Source of the DNA: Octopus vulgaris
Taxonomy: Eukaryota
Direction: 5' to 3'
DNA: 64,000 nucleotides
Assembly (NCBI GenBank): GCA_951406725.2
Contig: OX597837.1
Span: 1,364,001-1,428,000, forward strand
The position numbers and the translations under genes were made by a program. Shown here in pieces: positions 26,056 through 39,571 of the stretch. The notes beneath the pieces are model-generated. The model did not search any database. It saw only the letters and a program-made list of their open reading frames with translations, and was not told where the DNA came from. Within the stretch, counting starts at the first letter, position 1, and each line of letters begins with the position of its first letter.

Positions 26056-26875
26056 ATTGCACTTTGTATCTCGTGTGACGATCTCGAACGTGATATTCGA
26101 ATAACAAGGTGTGAGCTGCCAACTGCAATAACCATAAACAAACCTTGTCCCTGGTTATTGATCACTGTTTGGAACTTGTCTCACGTACCTCTGTGCACTA
26201 TAAGCAGACACACAAACACGCACGCACACATCAATCAGATTATCAGATGTCCTTATACATTGCTGACCACAATGAGCTTCTATTCTCCTCTTGATTGAGC
26301 ACTTATCTTCCATTTGACCTAAAATTTATTTTATTGTCCTCTTCCAGTCATGCTGGAAGTCTTCAAAGTGATTTTTTCTGATCTCTTGGAGACCAATCGA
26401 CGACTGCACGGGTTCACTTATCGTTTGTGAGCCTTGCGCTATGTTGAAGCCAACAGAATTTACGGTTTCTTTATTTCACGTTCATGCCCTCCAATTACCA
26501 CATTAAGGCTGCCACAACAATAATCGTTGAATGGATCTTCCCCTGTCTCTTTGTTTAGTTAGCAGTCGTTACACATCATTTTCCGTAGTTGCCCATCAAA
26601 GGCGACGATTCTCAGCATCAAACATGAGCTCTCCATGAGGCACAAAAGGGATGTAAAAAACCTTTTGCAGTAGCTTTTAGTCTATAAAACCTCCACCGTC
26701 ATACGCTTAGGAAGAAATGCACCCCACTTAACTTTTTGTCTAGTAAAATTGAGAATGTTTAACGCTGGTTGAAAAGAGATACAGTTTCAGGAAAAGATGG
26801 GGTATAAACGGAAATATTAAAAAGTTGGGGAGAAGACACGCGGGAAAATTCTCGTTCTACGTTGCAAGGAATATT

Positions 26876-27088
26876 GATTTCAAATTTTGGCACAAGGCCA
26901 GCAGTTCCTGACTGGAGGTTAAGTCCATTAAATCGACACCAGTACTCGACTGGTATTTATTTTATCGACCTCTGAAGGACGAAAGGCAAGATTAACTTCT
27001 GCAGAATTTGAACTCAGAACGTGAAGAAGGATGAAATGCTGCTAAGCATTTTGCCCTGCGTGCTAACTACTCTGCCAGCTCGTCACCT
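26876..27088 (-). mobile_element. SINE family A
   Basis: Reverse complement of the family-A head and body, diverged. Confidence 0.8.
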
Positions 27089-27189
27089 TAGGTTACCATG
27101 GATATATATAAGAGGGAAAGAAGGGATAGAAAGAGTCGAAACTTTTAAGATAGGAGAAATCCGAGAAGCTATCATTGCATATTCTTCTT

Positions 27190-27670
27190 GTTTTACCCCT
27201 TCAAGTTGTTTGAAAGGACTCGACAACAAGCACCCTAAGAAGCAGGTTTTCCGTAGAACAACATCCCGATCAGCCATATGTTCACTGAAACAGAACTTTT
27301 AGGATGAGCGAAAAGAGTGTCAGAGGCTTTTTTGTGTCGTCTTCAGAGTTGTTGAAAAGGCTGTCGATAGCGTCGAGGTGAAGAATGCAGAGTTGAAGTG
27401 TCTGGAGGTCCAAGGATTCGAGGCACAGTGTATCAAATATGTAAGGGAAGCAGAGCTGAAGTGTCTGGAGATCCAAGGATTCGAGGCACAGTGTATCAAA
27501 TATGTTAGGGAAGCAAACAAGAGATGTACCATCGATATAATCTGCTCTCATCACTCTCCAGCGTTCCAGTTGGGAAGGGCGTCGAACAAGGAGATACCAT
27601 CTCTCCAAACTTTTTCCTGACATGTCTCGAAATGGTTATCAGAGACATTGATTGGGAAAGTGGCTTTTAT
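27190..27670 (+). mobile_element. RTE-clade LINE reverse-transcriptase fragment
   Basis: Remnants EKAVDSVE and VPVGKGVEQGDTISPNFFLTCLEMVIRDIDWESG (RT motifs KAFD and GVRQGDxISP). Frameshifted; carries a 63-bp tandem duplication. Confidence 0.75.
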
Positions 27671-27770
27671 TGTCTTCCTATTGTGTATTGCTTTCTAAGC
27701 CAGCGTTTGTGTGGTTATATGTAATATTATGATAGTGCGTGTGTTATAAACTGATTGTGTGTATGTGTGC

Positions 27771-27842
<72 letters not shown>

Positions 27843-28403
27843 GATTCAGATTTGTGGCGTTTTCTTTGTATTCTTTGGTCTCTTGTGGTAAGTTGAAATT
27901 CCACGGCCATTTCCATTCATCTTGAAATAATCAATAAATACTCTATATCAGACACACAGACAGACGGACAATGGAATAATTCCTAACTTTGATGACACAA
28001 TGCTACAAACATCGGAATAAATGTAGCAGAAATAGTCGATTAAATGAGCCCCCAGTATGTCACTGGTATTTAAGTCCCTGTCCGCCATAATCCTCATGGT
28101 GTTGGTGGTGGTGGTGGTAGTGATGGTGGTGGTGGTGATAAGAAAAACGGGGTGATTACAAGAGAAGTCGCTATCCGCTTGACTTAAAATAGAGGATAAC
28201 CCGAAAGAGTCACGTGTGTATCAGAACAGCGTAAAGGAGTTTCCTTTCAAACTCAAGTCAGCCTGAGCCTTTTCCACCAACTTAAGGCTCCATTTTTCTT
28301 TTTCGGTGTGTAGGGAACGAAACATTAAAACAAAACCCCCGTCTCACATCTTTTTCCCTCATTCCCGTCCCTAACGAAATGAAAAATCTCAAAGAAAATA
28401 ATG

Positions 28404-28459
<56 letters not shown>

Positions 28460-29402
28460 GATAGAAGATGAAGAAACGTTCACAAACAAAAAGTCAAAGA
28501 AAAACTCAACATAAACTACATGGAAAAACAAAATACAAACGAAAAACAAACGGAAAACTGGGAAGAGCAGAAGGAATTCAAAGAAAAAGAAAGAAAAAAT
28601 ATGGCGAGACAAAATGAAGGAATGAAAGATTAAAAAAAGAAGGGGCTTGGGAAAGATGGTGGTGGGGAGAAAATGTCTCAAAGGCGTTGTCTTCCTTGGT
28701 ATTGTTCCTTTTGATTCCATTCGAGAATAGGTTCTTTTTTCTTTGTGTGTGTGTGTTTCACTTGTTTTATCTGGGGGTGTTTTTGAGTTGATTTTAGCGT
28801 TGTTTTTTGGAGGGGTTGTTTTTGTCTTTTACTCTTTCTGGTTTTGGTATCGGGGGGTGGGGGGTGGGGGTGAACGACAAGGAAATAACGGACATTATGC
28901 CATTGTTAGTCAAAGTTCCAGCATTCTCGATATTTTATGTATGTGTGTGTGTTTGTGTGTAGATGTTTTGGCGTATATTTATGTATGTATGTATTTATGT
29001 GTATAAGTTAGTGTGTCTTTCTGTGTGTATATATGTATGTATATGTGTATGTATATGTGTATGCATGTATGTGTATGTGTATGATTGTTTATATATGTAT
29101 GAGCGTATATGTTTGTGTGTTGATACATATTTATGAATGTATGTATAAATATACGTATGTACATATATATATATATGTGTGTGAATATACATATATGTGT
29201 GTGTGTGTGTGTGTACAAATGTGTGTGTACATATGTGTGTATACATATGTGTCTGTGTATATGTGTGTGTGTGTGTCTAATCTACAAACTATATTTGTAT
29301 CTCTCTATATATCTGTATGTGTGTATATGTTGTCATGTGTATGTGTGCATATATATGCTCACATAGACCTGATATATGTATTCGTGTGTGTGTGTGTGTC
29401 TC

Positions 29403-29434
<32 letters not shown>

Positions 29435-29894
29435 CTTTAGATTTGTTTATTTTCGCCGTTTCCATTTCTTTGGTCTGTGGTGCCAAGTTGAAATTCCATC
29501 GCCATTTTTGATTCATGTTAAATTAATCAATGGAGACGCTCCATAGATAGACAGATGGACAATGGAATAACGGCGGAAAGAGAGAGAGAGAGAGGGAGAG
29601 AGAGGAAGGAAGGAAGATGGACAGTGGAACAACGGAGGAGAGAAGATATAGAAGGAGAACGGAATAAAAGAGAGGGAAAGAGAGACAGGTGCATACAGAG
29701 TTGAAGAATTAGGGAGAGGGAGGATAGGAGAGAAAAAGGGCAGAAGGAGAGTTAGGGGCGGAAGATGGAGGGTCCTGAAGAGAATTGGAAGGGAGAATGA
29801 ATGGGAGAGACGAAAATCAATAAGAAAATATTTATGTGTGTGAAGGAAAGGATTGATGATATAATGTGAATGTTAGGAAAGGAAGATTATACAT

Positions 29895-29954
<60 letters not shown>

Positions 29955-30316
29955 GTATATACGTATATGTACATACATCTATATGTATATATATCTGCAT
30001 ATGTGGGCACAGGACGTCACGAAATGTGTACAACAAAAGGTACGAAGCACGAATACATGGAACATGTGCTATTCTTTCGAACAACAAAAGACACAGATGG
30101 AAAACAAAACAAATAACATAAAGAACGACCCTTCATCAGTTGTTGGCTGTTTCTCTAGTCTCGTATTTCGAGACTAGATGTTATAAAATAACATCGTCCT
30201 TGTATAGGACTGCTACATTATGTTGGCAAATAAACTTTACTATATAGAAAATCTTCGTTATATATATATATATATATGTATATGTATATATATGCATATA
30301 TATATGTGTGTGTGTG

Positions 30317-30374
<58 letters not shown>

Positions 30375-30415
30375 TGTGTTGTTTATATATGTTGTTTACA
30401 TATATATATATATAT

Positions 30416-30808
30416 TGTGGCTGTGCAGTAAGGAGCTTGCTTTCTAACCATATGGTTCCGTGTTCAGTCCTACTGCATGATATCTTAGATAAGTGTCTCC
30501 TACTATAGCCTTGCTCTGACCAAACCCTTGTGGGTGGATTTGGTGGACGGAAACTGAAAGAAGCGCATCGTCTGTGTTTGTGTGTATGTGGTATTATGTC
30601 TGTGTTTGTCGTCCATCATCGCTTGACAACTGATATCGGTTTATTTACGTCCCCATAACTAAACAGTTCGGCAAAAGACCAGATATAATGAATACCAGGC
30701 TTAGAAAGAAAACAGGCACTGGAATCGATTTTTTCGACTAAAGGCTTTAGAACGCGGTGCCCCAGCATGGCCGTTGTCTAATGATTGATACACGTAAAAG
30801 ATAAAAGA
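30416..30808 (+). mobile_element. SINE family B
   Basis: Family-B head, body and tail present. Confidence 0.8.
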
Positions 30809-30842
30809 TATATATGTGTGTGTGTGGAATGGTCGTTGTTCT

Positions 30843-30877
<35 letters not shown>

Positions 30878-31820
30878 TAGAGAGAGAGATAGGAAGGGAG
30901 AAGAAAACAGTCAAACAGGGGAGACACAGAGAGATGTATGAAAGTGAGGAAGAGAGTAAGAAAGCGATTTTTATTTTGTGTGTTTGTATGTTGAATGCCA
31001 TGATTTTCATTCACGTTGGATTGATGAAGAAGGGGAGAGGGAGAATGGAAGAAGGAGAGGGTGAGAACGAATGAGAGTGGGCGAGGTAGACAGACTGATA
31101 AAAGACAACGTAGACATCCGCCATGATTTCCTATTAATTTGATTGCAAAATTAATGTATTTATACACACACAAACATAGGTATATACAGCAGACACGTAT
31201 GTCCTTTCGTGAATGTCTCTCTCTCTCTGGATATATATATATATACATACCCTCACACACACGTGTATATGTGTGCGTATAAATGCGTTTATGGGTATGT
31301 ATGCCTGTATATAAGTGGTGTGTGACCTATCAGATCCATATTCTAACCATAAGAAAGGGAGAGAAAGAGAGAGAGAGGAGATTGATGTGTGTCCATATGA
31401 GTGACTGTATGTCAATCAGCCGAGTGACCTTTCTCTGGTTGTTGTGAGTGTACCAGCAGCAGCAGCATTCAAGAGATGGAATCCTTATTCCATTATTGGT
31501 ACCAGCAGTGTATTGTAAAGGTCTTCCACTTGAAGTCTGCAGCATTTTCTGGCTTTAAGAAGAAAGGACTTTCACTAAAATGCAGTTCTATCTCTATCAG
31601 GAGGTATTCTTTCTCCAGCAGATATCCTTAGCATTTGGAAAGAGGCCACCATTTGCAGATATCCTAGCATTTGCCAAGATGCCGCCATTTGCATTTTGTA
31701 CATGTTTAAGCTGTTGAGGTGCGAAAATGTTCCTTTGATAAGAACAGTTCGTATATTTTTGCCCTGTTATGATATATAAGTGTGTGTGTGTGTGTGTGTG
31801 TACATCCTTCTCACCCTCAC

Positions 31821-31835
31821 AATATATATATATAT

Positions 31836-31878
<43 letters not shown>

Positions 31879-31961
31879 CATACATATGTATATATATATA
31901 TATATATATACATACATACATATGTATATATATATATATATATATACACATACATACATAT

Positions 31962-32028
<67 letters not shown>

Positions 32029-32068
32029 CATACATACATATGTATATATATATATACATACATACATA

Positions 32069-32106
<38 letters not shown>

Positions 32107-32147
32107 CATACATATGTATATATATATATATATATATACATACATAC

Positions 32148-32178
<31 letters not shown>

Positions 32179-32248
32179 CAGACATACATATGTATATATA
32201 TATATATACAGACATACATATGTTATATATATATATATATATATATAC

Positions 32249-32299
<51 letters not shown>

Positions 32300-32318
32300 C
32301 AGATATATATATATATAT

Positions 32319-32363
<45 letters not shown>

Positions 32364-32480
32364 CATACATATGTATATATATATATATATATATACATAC
32401 ATACATATTATATATATATATATATATATATATACATACATACATACATACATACATACACATATATATATATATATATG
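31821..32480. repeat. Compound (TA)n-(CATA)n repeat array
   Basis: Units of (TA)n-catacatacatatg recur about every 30-40 bp. Confidence 0.95.
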
Positions 32481-32732
32481 CATGCATAACTATATGCATA
32501 CCTGTCTATGCATGATTTGTATGTGGCCGTTTTGTGATCAGCATGTTGTATATCCGGTTCCGGTTTCCACCGCTATGATGTTATAGGCACATTGGCGAAC
32601 TGTACACACTCCACTGGTTATTATTTTGCCGATGATAGTTCTGCATAGATATGATGACAGGTCTATGCACGGCCTCCTCTCCAACCACGCTCCCCACACG
32701 CATCTACACACATATATACACATACTGACGCA

Positions 32733-32776
<44 letters not shown>

Positions 32777-33052
32777 TACATACACGCATTCCTAATATGT
32801 TGATATTGATGTCGTTCCCATGACAACGTGAAGATTTTTCTTTCTGTCTCTCTCTATATATGTGTGTATGTGTGTATGGAAGCAAGTTTATGTGTATATC
32901 AATTTATCATACACAGCTCACCTACACACCTACCTTGGGGCACCTAGCTACGTACGTAGTCACTTCCCTCCCTTCCTTCTGCTTTCATCGACCGCTACGT
33001 ACACACTCACACACACACGCACACGCACACGCGCGCACACGCACACGCGCGC

Positions 33053-33096
<44 letters not shown>

Positions 33097-33376
33097 GTTC
33101 TCTCTATTTACCATTTGGCAGCCACCACCTACGACGACGCCGTAGTGAAAATATTTCTTCATCTCAACATCTACTCATCACCTTTTTCCCTTACTCTTTC
33201 CCACCCTTTTTCTCTCAAACTCCCCCGCTCTCTCTCTACTTCATTTTCCTCACTCACTGTCTCTGTCTGTCCGTCTCTCTCTCGTTTTATATATCTGGCT
33301 ATCTAATCTATCTGTCTGCCTGTCTTTCTGCTTGCCTGCCTGTCTCTCTCTGTTTGCCTGTCTGTCTGTCTCTTTG

Positions 33377-33407
<31 letters not shown>

Positions 33408-33416
33408 GTCTATCAT

Positions 33417-33449
<33 letters not shown>

Positions 33450-33719
33450 GTCTGTCTGTCAAATTATAGAGAGGGTGAGAAGGTTGGACACAAAGGGAAC
33501 AGGGAGGGGTTGAGAAAGGATGAAGAGAGAGCAAGAAAGAGAGAGAGAGAGTGAACGAACGGAGTTAGGTGAAAATGAGAGAGAAAAAGAGAGGGAGAGA
33601 GAATTGGCTTGAATGAAGATGAGTGTTTGTCACTTAGATGTAGTGGCATGGAAGAGGATCAGATCGGTGGATGGATAGATGACTCCATCCATATATCCAT
33701 CCATCCATACATGCATACA

Positions 33720-33995
33720 TATTCATACCAATAATAATAGGTTTTGTTACTAAATGCTTAAAGGAGAATCTGGATAAACTGGGATTTTCAGAAAGAGAAA
33801 TCGCCCGGCTAATTCGTACATTACAAGTGCAATCTGTGAGTGGAACAGTTAAAATATGCAAGACTTTTCTCAAGTTCTAAATGTTAATTTGTCTGTTAAC
33901 TACATCTCAAAGATGGAGCCTTGTATCTTGTTGGAAACCGGCTCCCACCTCAGTGGAAGATTTATAATAATTAAAATATAGAAGATATATACATT
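33720..33995 (+). mobile_element. 3' end of a second R4/Dong-like LINE family
   Basis: FIPIIIGFVTKCLKENLDKLGFSEREIARLIRTLQVQSVSGTVKICKTFLKF*, then a 3' UTR with ggagccttg..gaaaccggctc and the tail aatatagaaga. Confidence 0.7.
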
Positions 33996-35569
33996 CATAG
34001 TTACATAGATAGATAGATACTTACACACACACATATACACAACACACATACACATACATACATACATGCGTACATGCATACATACATACATGCATGCACA
34101 TGCATACATACATACATGCATGCATACATACGTACATGCATGCATACGTACATGCATGCATGCATACGTACATGCATGCATGCATGCATACGTACATACA
34201 TACGTACGTACATACATATAAGGATAGATGTTTAGATATGTAGATAGCGAGGCTTGGATATGTTGTTAGATAGGATATGATTGATAGATATGTTGGTAGA
34301 GATATAGATAGATGAATATGTTGATAGGTAAAGTTGACAGGTGGAGATAGATATACATAGATGAAAAGTTAGATAGATGGGTGGATGGATTTCTGGAGGG
34401 ATAGATACTCTTTGTTAGGTAGGTAGACAAGTAGACTGATGTAAAAAAAAAAGCGGGGATGTAAAAAAAAAAAGAGACCGATAGATGAATAGATAAGTCG
34501 ATAGAGAGATAGAGACGGAGAAGGAAAGCGACCTCTAGTGTTCCTTGCGAACATCTTCAATGGCGGAGTGAACGCTGAAACAGTTATCTCACGAAACATC
34601 TTTTTGTTACATTAAATATGTTTCAATTTACAAACATCAACAAATTCGTTTTGGAAAGAATTTAACAGAAAATCTCTTTGAAATTCTTTACGACATTCCA
34701 CTTTTACATAATGGTTGTTATATCTATGTCTGCCTGGCTGTCTGTTTGTCGATCGATCTGTCTGTCTATATTTCTGTCTATCTATCTTGATATCTATCTA
34801 TCGATTGAGCTATGTATTGATCTGGCTATTAGTTTGCTCATTTATCTATCTGTCCGTCTGTCTACACACATACACACACTCACACTTGTTTATGTGTATA
34901 TAGATAGATTGATAGATAGCATATCTATGTGAGTGCATAAATTCATGCATACACGCTTACAAAACACAAATACGTACTCGCATACACACGCGCACACACA
35001 CACGCGCACACACACATACACACACATGCATGCAAGCGATGGGACAGTGAAGCTGAGTGATTCATCTCGTTTTCGTCACTCTGACCAATGCCGCTTCTGT
35101 CCTCCACCCTTTTACCATTCCCTACCCCGACCCCGACCCTAACCCATACCCCATATCACCTCCCCACCTCCCCCTCCTTGTCTCAGAGGGGAGACCCCGT
35201 GATGTGGCTATAATTGATGGAGATAACGCTTTTCGGCACTTCCCCCGTTTGTGTTTGTTCTTTGATTCTCAGAGAACAATGTGTGGTTGGAATTGTTGAT
35301 GCGGTGGTGGTGGTGGTGGTGGTGATGGCGATAGAGCTTATTGTAGTGTGGGGTTGGTGATGGTAGAGGCGGTGGTGACGGTGGTGGTGGCGATGTTATT
35401 GGTGGCTTTGGTGGTGGTGGTGGTGCTGCTGCTGGTGGTGGTGGGGAGAGTTATAGAGACATTGATTGTGGTAGTGGTGGTGTCTATGGTGGGGAAGTCG
35501 GAGAACCTGTGACTGTTTATTTGGGTGTAGATGTCTTGTAATTAGAGAAATTTGGTGCTAATGGCAGCA

Positions 35570-35725
35570 GCGGTGGCTTGGCTTCGGTGAATTGGCGGAG
35601 TCGTTAGAACGTCTGCCAAAGTATTTATGCTGTCCCTTTACGTTCTGAGTTCAAACTGCATCGAGGACAGCATTGCCATTCATCATTCCAAGGCGAATAA
35701 TTAAAGTACCAAGTACCGGTCAGGT
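35570..35725 (+). mobile_element. SINE family A, old copy
   Basis: tggcggagtcgttag...ttacgttctgagttcaaa...gccattcatc...aagtacca. Confidence 0.6.
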
Positions 35726-36162
35726 GCTATGCACGGGATGAATTGTTATGGAATAATTGTTCCAGTTTTAGGCACTGTGAGTTCAAATCCCACCATAGCC
35801 TACACTTAGTGATGTACTGAAAATATCCCCCGGTTGAACGCCAGCACTTCGTACCTGGGACCTCTTTAATCTTTAACGGATTCCATTCTGTTAAAAGTAG
35901 ACAGATTATGTCACTGGTTTCAGGCTATTTTCCTCATCCTCCAACCTCCACCCCTGTGGAATTAGTGAGATGGTTCCGCTTTTTGATATGGTGTTGATAT
36001 ATAGTAGTAGTAGTTGGTGTTGTTGTTGTTGTTGGTGGTGGTGGTAACTACAGAGGGGATTGTTATTTTTGTAATTTATCTCTAAGGTCAACCTTGTTGA
36101 AAGAGACTTAACATTAAAAAGGACACACACATACATACATATATATTTGTACATATAAATAC

Positions 36163-36199
<37 letters not shown>

Positions 36200-36232
36200 A
36201 ATCAAAATAAGCAAGAAGGATAGCCAGAGGTA

Positions 36233-36322
36233 ATGCAGTACGATCGTTTCATGCAACTCCATTTAATTGAACAAATGCAAACATTACATCAATGTAAAAT
36301 GTAGAGCAATCTTCAGCTGCAT
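36233..36322 (-). ncRNA. Type-I hammerhead ribozyme motif (Penelope-type)
   Basis: Minus strand reads ATGCAG-CTGAAGA-T-TGC...GCA-T-GAAA-CGATCG-TA-CTGCAT: 6-bp stem I, intact core, palindromic stem III (ACGATCGT), GUA cleavage triplet. Confidence 0.8.
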
Positions 36323-36539
36323 AAAAATATAGAATTTAGTTAAATTCGAAGGATTCATTTATCAACAATATCACAGTTGTAACCGTGACGTTGTTGATAA
36401 AACATGTTCTTTGTCTATCTACTTATCCTCTTGGTGATTTTGGATTAAAAAATTATACAAATGATTCCTTCGTATTTAACTAAATTCTATATTTTTATGC
36501 AGCTGAAGAATGCTGTACGTTTGAAATTGATGTAATATT

Positions 36540-36545
<6 letters not shown>
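36274..36545. repeat. Imperfect inverted repeat of about 87 bp (Penelope-type)
   Basis: tcttcagctgcataaaaatatagaatttagttaaat vs atttaactaaattctatatttttatgcagctgaaga. Confidence 0.85.
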
Positions 36546-36593
<48 letters not shown>

Positions 36594-36835
36594 TTAATAG
36601 CGACGAAGGGAGTATTAGTACCAAAAGGTAATCTTTATATCCAACTAAACGTGGATTCCCTCTTAGAACGCCGAATACTGCGTAATTAGCATTGAAAGAT
36701 CCTATCGTACAGGCGATTGGTGTCTTTCATGGGCACCGGAATTCCCTGATCGCGTGATTTCATTCTAGTGGGCGGCGTCCAGTCACAACATGTCAGTCAA
36801 ATCTCTTATATGCAAACGTTTATTTGCATACATCG

Positions 36836-37214
36836 TGGCACTCCGTCGGTTGCGACGACGAGGGTTCCAGTTGATCCAATCAACGTAACAGCCTGCTCGT
36901 GAAATTAACGTGCAAGTGGCTGAGCACTCCACACACATGTGTACTCCTAACGTAGTCCCCGGGAAGATTCAGTGTCACACAGTTTGACAAGGCTGGCCCT
37001 TTGAAATACAGGTATAACAGGAAGAGGAAGAAAGAGTGAGCGAAAGTTGTGGTGAAAGAATACAGCAGGGTTCGCCACCTTCCCCCTGAGGAGCTTCGTG
37101 GAGCTTTAGGTGCTTTCGCTCAATAAACACTCACAACGCCCAGTCTGAGAATCGAAACCGCGATCCTATGACCGCGAGTCCGCTGCCCTAACCACTGAGC
37201 CATTGCGCCTCCAC
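36836..37214 (-). mobile_element. SINE family C, full length with TSD
   Basis: Highly similar to 9297-9686. 14-bp TSD atttgcatacatcg at 36822-36835 and 37215-37228. Confidence 0.9.
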
Positions 37215-37499
37215 ATTTGCATACATCGATCTACGTTGTCCAATGTAACCCTTTCTGATTTAAGACAAGAGAATTTGGTTTCTATTTCTAGCAAGATTCC
37301 TTCCACCTCTTCTGTTGATTTGAAGTAAATCTATTGATTGCTGTTTCTCCCAAATTGATCCTGGCCCAACAGGCTCATAATGAAACGGACTTTAAAATCG
37401 TTGTTTGGTATATCATGAATAATATATTCTTCATTTAAGATGGTACCGTGTAACTAGAGGGAGGTTTTTTCACTATATCCTGCAGAGTGAGTGACCACA

Positions 37500-38790
37500 G
37501 AAGGGACCAACTTGCTGAACATCAAGATCATTGGGTCATACATTGAAGTCGGAGAAAAAAATATTGCTAAGCTGCAATGCAGCAGTCAGACCCGGCGATA
37601 CACTCTTCTCTGCCAGAAACAACTGTCTCTCTGTCACTAACTCTTAGTATTTCCGATCACGAACGAGTGAGCTCCGATTACGTAAATTAAGTAGCGACCT
37701 CACTGCTTTTGCGTGAGTTATACGCTTCCAGTCACATGATCTAAGTAGCTTCAATTACGGGAAGTTATTTCAGTGTACCATAACCTTACACCGAAACATT
37801 AAACCCTCCCCTGACGTTCAAAATAGGAAATAGACAACTCTCTGCGGATCATTTATTTTTTTCCTTCTTTTCATGCCAAGAAACCGTGTCTAAATATCAA
37901 ATCTTTAACAGTTCTCTCGGAGTTTCAGAGAATCAAGTCTTCTGGGAGCACTGCTCGATCTAGACCGGTTTTCCATGTAATTCATTCAAAATCCGGAGTC
38001 CCTAGCGAGTCAACTTCACCTTGTTTTATTTCCTACTTCGAACATCTCAAAATACAGAATCACAGCAGTTTTAGTCTACAAAAATTCTTGCAGAGATTAA
38101 GGAACGAAATTTTCTGCGAATGTTATCCGATAGAGTTCAAACAACCACTCTGTTAGGGTTTTAAGATGTCAAAGCTTTCAAAGATATAACCCGATCTAGG
38201 CTGGGATTACACCTTTGTTCATTCAATTCCGGCCCCTCAAAGTGCACCGCCTTCAGTGCGTTAGTATCGTTGATCATTAACCCAGGTATGATAACAGACA
38301 TAGTCTGGCTTTGTAACTTGCCTCAATCAGTGTAGAGTTTAGAAACGAAAAAAAAAAAATATGTGTTCTACAAAATATGTATCGAGGCTCCGGGTTCCAA
38401 ATCCTCTCTTGGTGTTGTTACCAAAGTTTGACTCAAGTTCGACTCTCTTCTCGTCCATTTTATGCCAAGAAATGCTATTTTAGCTCCTGGTCGCTAAAAT
38501 CTGTGTCAGTAGTATTGTTAACAAAGTTTGACTGCCTCCTGTCACTTATCATCTACTTCATACTAAGAAAGAGAATCTTACGAAGTTGGTCCGAAAATTC
38601 TTTGTCTGAAGCTTAAGTTATCAAATCTTCCGGTGTTGGTCTTTTCCCCAAGTTTCCCGTATTAGATTAACGTCGATATTCTTATCAATCCATGTCAAGA
38701 AACAAAACCTTAACAGCAGCTTTCTTTCAATAGTAACATTGGCCATTTGGTACTGTTTATATCTATAGGCTGGAAGAAGACTGGACAGCA
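37500..38790 (-). mobile_element. Highly degenerate L1/Tx1-like ORF2 remnant
   Basis: Minus strand NIDVNLIRETW (APE endonuclease DVxxIxET-like) near 38680 and SPGL (KSPGxDG-like) near 37595, in the expected order. Confidence 0.4.
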
Positions 38791-38856
38791 AGTCTGATAG
38801 GCTGGACTTCTGAATGGAACATGAGGGCAGAGAAACGTGCATGGGGGCGGGGAGTG

Positions 38857-38951
38857 CAGTGCTGGATTTAGGATAAATGAGGCCCTGCGCTTGTTATTAA
38901 GCCCTGCGCTTGGACAGAGCACCATTAACCACAATGGTAAATACGGCACTG
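38857..38951. mobile_element. Tiny hAT-like non-autonomous remnant
   Basis: 14-bp imperfect TIRs cagtgctggattta / taaatacggcactg and an internal gccctgcgcttg direct repeat. No matching 8-bp TSD. Confidence 0.45.
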
Positions 38952-39459
38952 GTGAAGGGAATTCTTGGCCATATGTTGAAAAGCATGAACGATAGAAATT
39001 CACCTTTTGCCAAACAGGGATAATGACTTTGTACGCGAAAGGAATAACATTATTGTATGGATATCAGTTGATATTGGTGGTGGTAGTAGTAGTATTGGTT
39101 CTCATAGCTGTAGTGGTGGTAGTAAAGGAGAAACTCATAATGGTGATTGTGGTGATGCGTATTATGGTGGTGGTGAAGTGTATGATGGTGAAGGTGGCGG
39201 TAGTGGTGGCCTGTGTACGTGATGGCGGTATTGGGGACGTTGGTGGAGATGTGTGATGTCGGCGGTGGTACTGATGGGGACGGTAGTGCAATCGGTGGCG
39301 GCGGCGGCGGTGAGGATGGCGGTGGTGACGATGGCGATAGTGTTATCGGTGGCGGCGAGGGCAGACGTCGTGATGGTTGGAAGAGGTGGGACTTTTCCGG
39401 AATGTGAAGTGGTGTCAGTGAATAATGACTTCTGGGCAGAGAGAGAGAGAGAGAGAGAG

Positions 39460-39494
<35 letters not shown>

Positions 39495-39528
39495 ATGAAA
39501 TGAAGAGTTGTCGACAACGATTGTTGAT

Positions 39529-39571
<43 letters not shown>

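Noticed and set aside
30110-30180. Minus-strand CTGATGAAGGG next to a 10-bp hairpin
   Set aside because: Probably a Penelope-like end, but there is no matching stem II/GAAA downstream, so it is not called a ribozyme.
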